Of a stretch of DNA of 64,000 bases, positions 56,382 to 64,000 are shown piece after piece. Position 1 is the stretch's first letter, and the number at the start of each line of letters is the position of its first letter. Both the position numbers and the translations under genes were made by a program. The notes beneath the pieces are model-generated. The model worked only from the letters and a program-made list of their open reading frames with translations, was not told the DNA's origin and made no database searches. Source of the DNA: a virus (Duplodnaviria > Caudoviricetes); IMG/VR virus record IMGVR_UViG_3300028558_000028, positions 572 to 64,571 of that record; one strand, written 5' to 3'.

Positions 56382-57278
56382 TCAGTCCTCCGGACGCCCT
56401 TCGTAGGTCGGGAGGGCCGTCTCATCTTCGACGCGCTTCAGGTCCGAAAGGAGCTGCGTCCGCAGAGCGAGGTCCGGCCGATAGAGCTGGTAGAACCAGT
56501 TGATCTTGGCGCCGTCCCGCCGATAGCGCAGGCGTGCGGTGATACGGACGGGATCGCCGTCGAGGAACAGCGGAACCTGCAGGATGAAAAGGCCGGGAAT
56601 GATGAGCTTCTGGCCGTTCGCATCGTTGTGGGTCTCTTCGTAGACCACCTGCGTCTCGCCCGACTGCAGGAACCGGATGTCTTTGATCTTCGCTTCGACC
56701 GAGATCTGCATCCCGCGCGAGAGCGTGATCAGATCGGACGGCGCGGCGATCTTCGTCTGAAAGAGACGCTCGAACTCGCTCTTCTCCGCGGCGAGCGGCG
56801 AGGCCAAGTCGGCGATGTGCTCCTCGACGAACGCCGCCCAATCGAGCTGGCTCATGGGCTTCGCGTCCATAACGCGCCAAGACAGCCATTCCAGCGAGAG
56901 CGGGAACGAGTAGACGATGCGGTGCTGACCGAAGCGCGGACCGTGATCCATCTTGTGATAGTCGATAACCGCCGTGAGAGACGGGCTCTGGCCGGCAATG
57001 TCGGCGAAGACCGCCGAGTCCTCGTCCTTGTGGCGATTGACGAGATCGACGAAGGACGTGAGTGTGGTGGTGTACGCGGTGCCTCTCAGGCGCTTCGGGG
57101 CCACGCGCCAAGCGTCGAGCAGCGCCTGCGCCGGCTCGACCACAACGCCCTTATCGGTGTTCCGCGCGATGAACGGGATAGGCTCCTCGCGGATGGAGCT
57201 TTCCTGAATGGTGAAGACCTGCGCGCCGGCCGCGTTCCGGGCAAGCTCGGCAATCTCTTTGACGCCCTGGTTATCCAT
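56382..57278 (-). CDS. DUF2303 (YfdQ-like) protein
   Basis: 'SFVDLVNRHK...AVIDYH...HR...MSQLDWAAFVEE...ARLRYR'. Confidence 0.85.
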   Translation of the reverse strand: MDNQGVKEIAELARNAAGAQVFTIQESSIREEPIPFIARNTDKGVVVEPAQALLDAWRVAPKRLRGTAYTTTLTSFVDLVNRHKDEDSAVFADIAGQSPSLTAVIDYHKMDHGPRFGQHRIVYSFPLSLEWLSWRVMDAKPMSQLDWAAFVEEHIADLASPLAAEKSEFERLFQTKIAAPSDLITLSRGMQISVEAKIKDIRFLQSGETQVVYEETHNDANGQKLIIPGLFILQVPLFLDGDPVRITARLRYRRDGAKINWFYQLYRPDLALRTQLLSDLKRVEDETALPTYEGRPED

Positions 57279-57291
57279 ATACCCCTCCTGA

Positions 57292-57627
57292 TTATTCGGC
57301 CGCCGACACTTCGCGCGGGCCATCGAACATGTTGGTCTGCTTCGGGTGCTCCGTGCTGAGCGCCGCATCTTCGGTGACGAAGTAGAAGTCGGCGCCGCGC
57401 GGACGCTTCGGCGTCTTGCTGGTGAATTCGGATTCGACCCGCACGGACGAGCCCTCCATCGCGAACTTCAGCTTGAGGCTGACCTCTCCCTTGACGGTCT
57501 TGCCCTTCGGAGGCGCTGCTTCCTGGAGCGCGGCGAGAACCTTCGCGATCTCCGCCGTTAGATCGGCGTTTAGATCGCCACGCTCGAGAACGCCGATGAT
57601 GTCCGTCGCTTGCCTGATCTTCTTCAT
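57292..57627 (-). CDS. DUF2303-associated partner protein
   Basis: 'KGEVSLKL...K.PK...F.......LSTEHPKQ..MF'. Confidence 0.75.
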   Translation of the reverse strand: MKKIRQATDIIGVLERGDLNADLTAEIAKVLAALQEAAPPKGKTVKGEVSLKLKFAMEGSSVRVESEFTSKTPKRPRGADFYFVTEDAALSTEHPKQTNMFDGPREVSAAE

Positions 57628-57677
57628 GACTTTGGTTCCTTCCGGGGTTAGTGTGAATTTTCAGTACCCGCCCCTAT

Positions 57678-58076
57678 TCATGCCGCCACCACTTCGCCCA
57701 AGACCCGGCGAAGCGCAGCGAGGCTTTTCTTAGCCTCTTGAACTTCGCCTGAATCAGGACGCAGGCCGCGCTGAGCAAGCATTTCCAATCCATGGCTATG
57801 TGCCGCGATTTCGTGTTGCAGCTGGACTATCATCGCGGCGCGAAGCCGTTGATAAATCCAGCCCCGAATGCCCTTCGTCCGTCCGCGCCGCAGATTTTCC
57901 AGCGTGCCAGGCAGAACACCAAGGCGCGTCGCTACCTCCTCGCGCGCTTCATCCAAAGCGCAGCCGGAGCGGACCTTCTCGGCTCTTTCCAGGCGCGTCA
58001 CCCAGCCGCGAGCCCTTTCGTCATAGACAGCCGTCGTCATGGATGAAACGTCCTTCGACATTGTCGTCTCCTTCAT
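57678..58076 (-). CDS. CII-position HTH regulator
   Basis: 'AREEVATRLGVLPGTLENLRRGRTK'. Confidence 0.65.
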   Translation of the reverse strand: MKETTMSKDVSSMTTAVYDERARGWVTRLERAEKVRSGCALDEAREEVATRLGVLPGTLENLRRGRTKGIRGWIYQRLRAAMIVQLQHEIAAHSHGLEMLAQRGLRPDSGEVQEAKKSLAALRRVLGEVVAA

Positions 58077-58587
58077 GCTTTCTTTCGATCGCTATGAAGG
58101 AACGCGAGGTTACTCGGTATGTGCTACAATCACAGCTTCACGAGTTTGGGCTGGCAGGCGCGAAAGATCGTGCAGCGCGTGAGAGGGGAAATTCGCCGGG
58201 GGCCGAAGCCGCCCGGCAGGCACGATGCGATCCTTCGCCGCTTGCAATCCGATCGGCTTACACCCGATCGGGGAGCGCCCGGCACCGCAGAGTCGCTTGG
58301 TATGCTCGGTCGCGTGCCGGCGACCGCGTGGAGTGGCGCTCCGGAGAGGAAACTGGGAAAGGCGCCCGACGCCGAAGCGCCGGGTGAGTCTCAGGGAGGA
58401 AAACCGCAGGGTGCGGCACCCCTCCACACCGACGGCGACGTCGACGTGGAGCTTGGACCGGTGGCGCATCACGATCGCGCCTCCCGAATGAACGTGTCGG
58501 ACATCGCAGACCAAGCGCGGAACGCCCGGCGATAGCCGCGGCGGATGCCGAGCCAGTGGCTGACGGCGGCGACGAAGATGATCAGGG

Positions 58588-58836
58588 TCATCGGATCAGC
58601 TCCGGCAGGCCGCCCGAGACGAGCCAGAGGGCAAGGGTGACGCCGACGGCGATGAACGCGATCACGGTGAGCCATTCGCGCCAATCCAGGAAAGCCGCGA
58701 CCGTTTCTATGGCAGTCAGGCGGATCGGCGGCCGATCATGCGGCCCTGGCGACGGCGGCTCGTATTCGAGCGGGTCGTAGAGACCAGGATCAGGCTCGCG
58801 CGGATGGCGCGGCGGGTCGCTCCAGGGATGCGTCAT
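58588..58836 (-). CDS. small membrane protein
   Basis: C-terminal TM; ATGA coupling. Confidence 0.45.
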   Translation of the reverse strand: MTHPWSDPPRHPREPDPGLYDPLEYEPPSPGPHDRPPIRLTAIETVAAFLDWREWLTVIAFIAVGVTLALWLVSGGLPELIR

Positions 58837-59058
58837 CGGACGAGAACCCAAATTAGAGTGGAGCAGGAGACGCCGAACGCGAAAGCGGACAGCCCAAAAG
58901 CGATCAAGCTCCAGCATGAAGGGATTGCTCTCGGAGCTGGCGGACGATGCGGGTCGCCGCAGTGCCGGATCATGAGAACCACCACATGCCAACCGGAACG
59001 CCCGTGATGAGGAGCGCCCAAACGACGAAGACCGCGATGATGAAGCGATCGCCCGTGC

Positions 59059-60108
59059 TCACGGCGCCCCTCCCATGACGGCGCTGGCAACGACCGCGGC
59101 GCTCGCGCGCTGGCTCGGCGCGCTGATCGTGATCGGCGGGCAGTTCGTGTTCGTGTGGCCGGCCGCGTAGGCGGCGAGGATGGCTCGGCCTATCGCTTCG
59201 ACAACCTGGGGTACGACGGCGTTTCCGAGGGCCTTCAGACGATGAACGCGATCTTTGACGCCATGAGCTGTGCGAGGGATGTCGGGCTCAGTTGCCCAGG
59301 TCAGTCCACCGCCGTCCAATTCGGCGGGAAGCCTTGCAACCATTCGACCCAGGTCGGATTCAGAGGGGCGCCAACCGTGTGGCAGAGTTGGACCTGGCCG
59401 CTTCCCTTTCTCGTCCCACCCTTCGCATCTACCGTATTCGGCGTGGGCCAAAGCGCCACCCTGGTCGGAAGGTCGTCGTCGCATGCTGCCCTGCACGCCC
59501 TGGGCGTCGGCCAAAGAGCGTCCTTCGCCATCGAAACGAGCGACGGCCGCTTCACACCGGTTCGTCCGGCAGCGCCGCCTTGGTTCGACCCGTACTGCGT
59601 CGCGGACGGCGCGGGCAACGAGCCAAGCTCGCTGTCGCCTGTGCGGCGCTCCGACATGGACAGCACCCACCACGGCCGGCTCGCAGGCGTAGCCGAGCGT
59701 TTCCAGGTCAGAGAGGACCCGGTCAGCGCCGCGAGTTCGCAGAGCAGGGACGTTCTCAATGACGACGAAAAGGGGTCGCAGCTCGCCGATGAGACGGGCG
59801 TATTCCCGCCAGAGCCCGGAGCGCTCGCCATCGATGCCGGCGCGCTTGCCGGCGTTGCTGATGTCCTGGCACGGGAACCCGCCGCAGATGACGTCAACGG
59901 CAATTCCATCTGCCGCGAGTCGATCGGCCGTGAGCGTGCGGACATCGTCATAACAGGGGACATCCGGCCAGTGCTTCGCGAGCACACGACGGCAGAACGG
60001 ATCGATTTCGCAGAACGCTACGGTCTCGAAGCCGCCGGTGCGCTCGAGGCCGAGCGAGAAGCCGCCGATTCCGCTGAAGATGTCCAGAACACGGAGGGGA
60101 GCGGTCAT
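59059..60108 (-). CDS. C5-cytosine DNA methyltransferase, alpha polypeptide (motifs I-VIII and X)
   Basis: 'FSGIGG', 'GGFPCQD', 'IENV', 'HRRQRAW', 'RLKALGNAVVP'. Confidence 0.9.
   Translation of the reverse strand: MTAPLRVLDIFSGIGGFSLGLERTGGFETVAFCEIDPFCRRVLAKHWPDVPCYDDVRTLTADRLAADGIAVDVICGGFPCQDISNAGKRAGIDGERSGLWREYARLIGELRPLFVVIENVPALRTRGADRVLSDLETLGYACEPAVVGAVHVGAPHRRQRAWLVARAVRDAVRVEPRRRCRTNRCEAAVARFDGEGRSLADAQGVQGSMRRRPSDQGGALAHAEYGRCEGWDEKGKRPGPTLPHGWRPSESDLGRMVARLPAELDGGGLTWATEPDIPRTAHGVKDRVHRLKALGNAVVPQVVEAIGRAILAAYAAGHTNTNCPPITISAPSQRASAAVVASAVMGGAP
59301..59987 (-). CDS. overlapping alternative-frame beta polypeptide carrying WPTP repeats and motif IX (start uncertain)
   Basis: 'LWPTP' x2 and 'LNPTWVEWLQGFPPNWT'. 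Confidence 0.65.
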   Translation of the reverse strand: MCSRSTGRMSPVMTMSARSRPIDSRQMELPLTSSAAGSRARTSATPASAPASMASAPGSGGNTPVSSASCDPFSSSLRTSLLCELAALTGSSLTWKRSATPASRPWWVLSMSERRTGDSELGSLPAPSATQYGSNQGGAAGRTGVKRPSLVSMAKDALWPTPRACRAACDDDLPTRVALWPTPNTVDAKGGTRKGSGQVQLCHTVGAPLNPTWVEWLQGFPPNWTAVD

Positions 60109-60908
60109 GCCGCCTCTCCCGCCGAGAAGAGCGGTAGATCTTCCGCGGCCTGGTTGCGCCGGTCACCCCGCATCGAGCGGGCTTTGTGAAAATCAGCGTG
60201 GACGATCTCGGTCGTCGGGGCGGCGCCGCGCCACTCGTTCCGATATGCCGAGGTATCGATCGGAATGCCGACGGAGAGTTGGATCGCAGTTTGCCGTTCG
60301 AAACCCGCGTACGCAGTCGACGACGAGATTCGGAAGTCCTGCCGTCCGCTATAGCTGAACGGAGCCGACATTTGCGGAACGATGAACACGCCAGCGTCGC
60401 CGAGATCACTGGCAATGTCGATCAAGTGATACTCGAATTCGCGCCCGCGGTAGCGGGGCGAGGCAGATTTGGATCGAGCCGTGCCGCCGAACGGCGGGTT
60501 TGCAATCACGCAGTCGAAATGGCCAAGGTTCGGAAGAGCGAAGACGTCAGCCTCGATCCATGTTGCCTCGGGGACAATCTTGCGGCCGACGGAAACATAA
60601 TCAGGATTATTATCGACGCAGACGATCTCGCGCTTAGCGTCATCCCAGCATGTCGGATGGAGGAAGAAGGAGAGCGTCCCGATCCCGGCGCAGAGATCGA
60701 GAATGCGCCGACCATGCACTTCGAGGCGGAAATCCCGGGCGAGGCCCAGCGGCGTAAAGAACGCGCCGGCCGCACTGTTGATGTGGGTCGCCGACTCCTG
60801 CCAGTTCTCCAGCACGAACCATCGGTCGTCTTCGGAAAGCACGTCCTGCCGCAACAGTTCGCAGGCCTGCTTGTGGGCGGCGATCTGCGGTTTCGTGAGC
60901 TTGCTCAT
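60105..60908 (-). CDS. gamma-class N6-adenine DNA methyltransferase-like
   Basis: 'GAFFTP', 'LDLCAGIG', 'NPPF'. Confidence 0.85.
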   Translation of the reverse strand: MSKLTKPQIAAHKQACELLRQDVLSEDDRWFVLENWQESATHINSAAGAFFTPLGLARDFRLEVHGRRILDLCAGIGTLSFFLHPTCWDDAKREIVCVDNNPDYVSVGRKIVPEATWIEADVFALPNLGHFDCVIANPPFGGTARSKSASPRYRGREFEYHLIDIASDLGDAGVFIVPQMSAPFSYSGRQDFRISSSTAYAGFERQTAIQLSVGIPIDTSAYRNEWRGAAPTTEIVHADFHKARSMRGDRRNQAAEDLPLFSAGEAA

Positions 60909-61180
60909 ACCTGCGCGCCCTCCTGCTCGGAGGGGGCGGGGGCGACGGGGCGAGGCTCAGGACGCTCAACGTCGGCAGGCCACAGTATGTTGTCTGGCCA
61001 ATTGGCGCTCAGCCAGCCGACGACACGGTCAAAGGTCTTGACCGTGAAGCCGTCGCCTCGCTCAAGGCGAGCGAAGAACGTGGTGTCATTGATGGCGCGT
61101 TTGCCGATGGCGGACCGGGACAGTTGCCCCGACACCGCGTCAGCGAGACCGATCAATGACTGGCGGAGCTGCTCTTCCAT
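60905..61180 (-). CDS. cro: Cro-like regulator
   Basis: Divergent from cI; 'SRSAIGKRAINDTTFFARL..G...TVKTF...W...NWP...WPADV.RP'. Confidence 0.7.
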   Translation of the reverse strand: MEEQLRQSLIGLADAVSGQLSRSAIGKRAINDTTFFARLERGDGFTVKTFDRVVGWLSANWPDNILWPADVERPEPRPVAPAPSEQEGAQV

Positions 61181-61245
61181 ACGGAAAACGTAGACGGATT
61201 TTTACGTTTCCGCAAGAGGGAAAAATCCTTGTCGTTTTCCGATGG
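61181..61245. promoter_or_regulatory. OR-like operator/promoter region
   Basis: AT-rich; ACGGAAAACGT, ACGGATTTTTACGT, GGGAAAAATCC, GTTTTCCG resemble the OL dyad. Confidence 0.6.
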
Positions 61246-61267
61246 CGCGGAAGGGATAGTCCCCTTC

Positions 61268-61939
61268 ATGGCTGACGACGACCTGAAGGATGCGCTACGC
61301 CAGGCGATCGCCGACGCCGGCACTGACGCGACCGCCCTATCCAGGGCGATAGGCCACGGACCTGATTACGTTCGCGACTATCTGAGCGGGCGCAAGGCAT
61401 CCCTCAGCGCCGACGCGTGGGAAGCTATCAGGGGCGAAATTGGCTTCACACGCCCTTTGGTGGTGCCCGCTCGTAAGCCGCCCGCAAAGTCGACGTCTAT
61501 GCGAGTGAAGCCCATCCCCCGCTTCCTTGGAGCTCGCGACCTACCTGTGTACGCAGCGGTCGAGGGCGGCTCCGGAGAGATGGTCATCGATTCGACGGAG
61601 CCCGTCGAGATCGTACCCCGGCCGTGGTATTTGAAGAACGTGACTGCTGGTTATGCCGTCGTCGTGATCGGGCATTCTATGGAGCCTCGCTACGAAGCCG
61701 GCGAGATCGTCGTTGTAAACCCGAAAGCGGCTCTCGTCCGCGGCAAGGACGCCATCATCACGACGGCCACCGAAGGAGGCGACTTCCGCGCGATGGTCAA
61801 GACCTATCTCGGGTCAACCGCCTCGGCCTGGCGGCTTCGCCAATACAATCCACCATCCGGCGAACCGGCGGACTTCGAGAAGTCCAAGAAGGAATGGCCG
61901 TTCGCGTTCAGAGTCGTCGGTCGGTACGACGGCGGCTAA
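61268..61939 (+). CDS. cI: CI-like repressor (HTH + S24 peptidase)
   Basis: 'GHSMEPRY..GE' Ser, 'MVK' Lys, N-terminal HTH. Confidence 0.9.
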   Translation: MADDDLKDALRQAIADAGTDATALSRAIGHGPDYVRDYLSGRKASLSADAWEAIRGEIGFTRPLVVPARKPPAKSTSMRVKPIPRFLGARDLPVYAAVEGGSGEMVIDSTEPVEIVPRPWYLKNVTAGYAVVVIGHSMEPRYEAGEIVVVNPKAALVRGKDAIITTATEGGDFRAMVKTYLGSTASAWRLRQYNPPSGEPADFEKSKKEWPFAFRVVGRYDGG

Positions 61940-61950
61940 TCGCTCGCCGC

Positions 61951-62000
61951 AGGAAATTTCCGTTTTCCGTATTGACGAACGGAAATTTCCGTGAGATATG
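61951..62000 (+). promoter_or_regulatory. OL/PL-like: two GGAAATTTCC palindromes flanking a TTGACG -35
   Basis: aggaaatttccg (61951-61962), ttgacg (61972-61977), acggaaatttccgt (61979-61992). Confidence 0.75.
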
Positions 62001-62045
62001 TTTCCCCAGCAGCCACCCGCCGGGCGGCGAAGATGGGGAACGACG

Positions 62046-62336
62046 ATGGCAATCGAGGTCGACGCGATCATCGCCGATATCCTGCGGGATGACATTCGTA
62101 AAGCCGAGACGGCCGAGCAATTCGGTGAAGTCTGCCGGCTTGAGGCCGTGCTGAAGCAAACCGCGGCCAGCATCCGCACGACGTTCATTTATCCGCCCAT
62201 TCCGATCCGGAGCATGGATTGGTCGGCGATCGACGACAGCACTTACGACGGCGCCGAAGACAGCCATTGCCCGATTGGGTACGGCGCGACCGAGGCGGAC
62301 GCGATCCGCGATCTTCTGCAGCAAATTTGTGAATAG
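62046..62336 (+). CDS. early hypothetical protein
   Basis: 'PPIPIRSMDWSA...YDG...IGYGATEADAIRDL'. Confidence 0.7.
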   Translation: MAIEVDAIIADILRDDIRKAETAEQFGEVCRLEAVLKQTAASIRTTFIYPPIPIRSMDWSAIDDSTYDGAEDSHCPIGYGATEADAIRDLLQQICE

Positions 62337-62348
62337 GGAGCAACGACG

Positions 62349-62591
62349 ATGGCGAAGCCGGTCGAGTGCAAGATCGCAATCCTGATGGACGAGTACGGCG
62401 CATGGCGCGTAATCGACATTGATAGCGGCGACGTCGAGAGCACGGCCAAAGAGTTTCTCGACGAAGAGGGCAGCACCTCAGTTCGCCGCGTCGATCTCAA
62501 CGTCACCATGACGCCGCCGGTCGCATCCGCGCTTTCCGTCACCGTCCCCGAGGAAGCCGGCCATGTCGTCGCGGCTGAGATCGAGGACTGA
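62349..62591 (+). CDS. hypothetical protein
   Basis: SD GGGAG. Confidence 0.65.
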   Translation: MAKPVECKIAILMDEYGAWRVIDIDSGDVESTAKEFLDEEGSTSVRRVDLNVTMTPPVASALSVTVPEEAGHVVAAEIED

Positions 62592-62625
62592 CCAGCAACT
62601 ACGTGGCTGATTGAGGGAGGCGGGG

Positions 62626-63198
62626 ATGGTCTACGAGATCGAAGACGAGCGCGAGATCGACGAAATCGAGCCCGCCGAGCCGATGGGCCACGCGACGGTC
62701 ACGTTCAACGTCCCAATGCCGACGATCGAGCAGGTAACGGGCGCAATCGCTCGGCAACTAGTTGCGTCGTCTGGTTACGATAAGCGGGCCGAGTATTCCG
62801 CTCTAGTTCGCACTAAGATCGACGATCTGATTGATCAGATGATCGAAGAGAAGGCGCGGCCTGTCCTCGCCGATCTTCTCTCCAAAGCGCTCCAGCCGAC
62901 TGATGGCTTCGGCAAGCCGGTGGGTTCTCCTATCAGCCTAGAAAGCCTTATCGCCGAGAACATTACAATCTGGGCGAGCCAGAAGGTAGACCCGTATGGG
63001 GCCCCGATCAAGGAGATCGGCTGGTCTGACAAAGGCAAGCCACGGATCGAATTCATGCTCGGCCAGATCGTCCAGAACGATCTTGCGGCAGCCGTGGGCG
63101 CCGAGACGAAGCGCATCAGTGAACAGCTGAAGGGCGCGGCAACCGCGGCGATCGCCAAACAGATCGCTGAGCGCGTCGCCGGCATGGTGCTGAAGTGA
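62626..63198 (+). CDS. hypothetical protein
   Basis: SD GGAGG; 190-aa ORF. Confidence 0.65.
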   Translation: MVYEIEDEREIDEIEPAEPMGHATVTFNVPMPTIEQVTGAIARQLVASSGYDKRAEYSALVRTKIDDLIDQMIEEKARPVLADLLSKALQPTDGFGKPVGSPISLESLIAENITIWASQKVDPYGAPIKEIGWSDKGKPRIEFMLGQIVQNDLAAAVGAETKRISEQLKGAATAAIAKQIAERVAGMVLK

Positions 63199-63374
63199 CC
63201 GTCGCCCGCCTTCGCACCCTCGCCCGCAACCTCCGCCCGCCGCGCTTGAGCACGATCGTCATCGTCGCCGGCCTCGCGCTGCTCCTGCACCCGCCGCTCG
63301 GCGCCGTCGCGCTGACACTCGCCATTCTCGCCCTCGCCGAAGCGTGGGGACGAACCACTCAGAGGAGTTGAGCC

Positions 63375-64000
63375 GTGAAGCAATTGCCCGCCATCGATCC
63401 GTCGTCGTTCACCTTGTCGGCCGGCAGCCATGAGTCGATCGACGAGGGCGCCTGCGCGATGGAGCTGGTCTCCTACCTCGCGGGAGAACCCTGGTCGGAC
63501 CATCCGCGCTGCACCTGCCCGGCCATCACGGCCTACGCCATCGGCCTCAACGATCGCGGCCCCCAGTGGCTGCGCGACGTCCTCCGCGACCTCGCGCCCA
63601 AGATGATCGGCACGCGCGGCAGCGTCTCGCTGCAGATTGCCCGCGCCAGATTGTTTGCGGAGGCGGCGATCGCGTCGGCCGAGGACGTGCTGGCGATCTT
63701 CGAAGAGCGCCGCCCCGGGGACGATCGCCCGCGCGCCGCCATCCGAGCCGCCCGGGAGGCTCTGGATGCTCCGAAGGCCGCCAACGCCGCCCGCGCCGCC
63801 GCCTACGCCTACGCCGCCGCCGCCGACGCCGCCTACGCCGCCGACGACGCCGACGACGCCGCCGCCGCCGCCAACGCCGCCCGCGCCGCCGCCTACGCCG
63901 CCGACGCCGCCGACGACGCCCGCGCCGCCGCCTACGCCGCCGCCTACGCCGCCGCCTACGCCGCCGCCTACGCCGCCGCCTACGCCGCCTACGCCGCCTG
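63375..64000 (+). CDS. Imm5-like domain protein with Ala/Tyr/Asp low-complexity tail, 3'-partial
   Basis: Translated by hand: 'GSH...GACAMELVSYLAGEPWSDHPRC', 'VLAIFEERRPGDDRPRAAIRAAR'; SD GAGGAG. Confidence 0.7.
   Translation, partial: MKQLPAIDPSSFTLSAGSHESIDEGACAMELVSYLAGEPWSDHPRCTCPAITAYAIGLNDRGPQWLRDVLRDLAPKMIGTRGSVSLQIARARLFAEAAIASAEDVLAIFEERRPGDDRPRAAIRAAREALDAPKAANAARAAAYAYAAAADAAYAADDADDAAAAANAARAAAYAADAADDARAAAYAAAYAAAYAAAYAAAYAAYAA
63777..64000 (+). repeat. GCC-based microsatellite-like coding repeat (GCC GCC GCC TAC)n with GAC/AAC variants
   Basis: Read directly from the sequence. Confidence 0.9.

Noticed and set aside
63777-64000. CRISPR array or DGR template/variable repeat
   Set aside because: Simple codon-level repeat with no spacers; no cas or reverse transcriptase gene is visible in the window.

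Overview
The window looks like most of a ~64 kb, high-GC temperate phage genome with a contractile tail (myovirus-like). The host is probably an alphaproteobacterium, judged from a GcrA homolog and the gene set. Order on the + strand: early recombination and accessory genes (RecT-like, HNH, DUF1643), two excisionase-like genes, a tyrosine integrase, and an intact attP carrying only the 3' half of a tRNA-Val(CAC), so this is the excised/free form. A long minus-strand late operon follows: terminases, portal, MuF-type head protein, DUF2213 protease, major capsid, neck, sheath, tube, frameshifted chaperone, tape measure, baseplate, fibres and an unusually large lysis/envelope block. After that come replication genes, three DNA methyltransferases, and a cro/cI switch with operators. 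The most unusual observations are: (1) a ~550-nt structured RNA array at the head of the late operon made of degenerate, initiator-like tRNA mimics with CCA ends; (2) two tail genes that appear to start at ATT and ATC behind strong Shine-Dalgarno (SD) sites; (3) a C5-methyltransferase whose motif IX sits in an overlapping alternative frame, as in M.EcoHK31I; (4) signal peptides on virion-module proteins, including a tail fibre; (5) a shared 'D(A/E)...HPRDHGKF' tag and [AG]xD motifs across head proteins; (6) one beta-rich module repeated in four structural proteins; (7) a small internally inverted gene. All calls come from motif and synteny recognition by eye; no database search was run.
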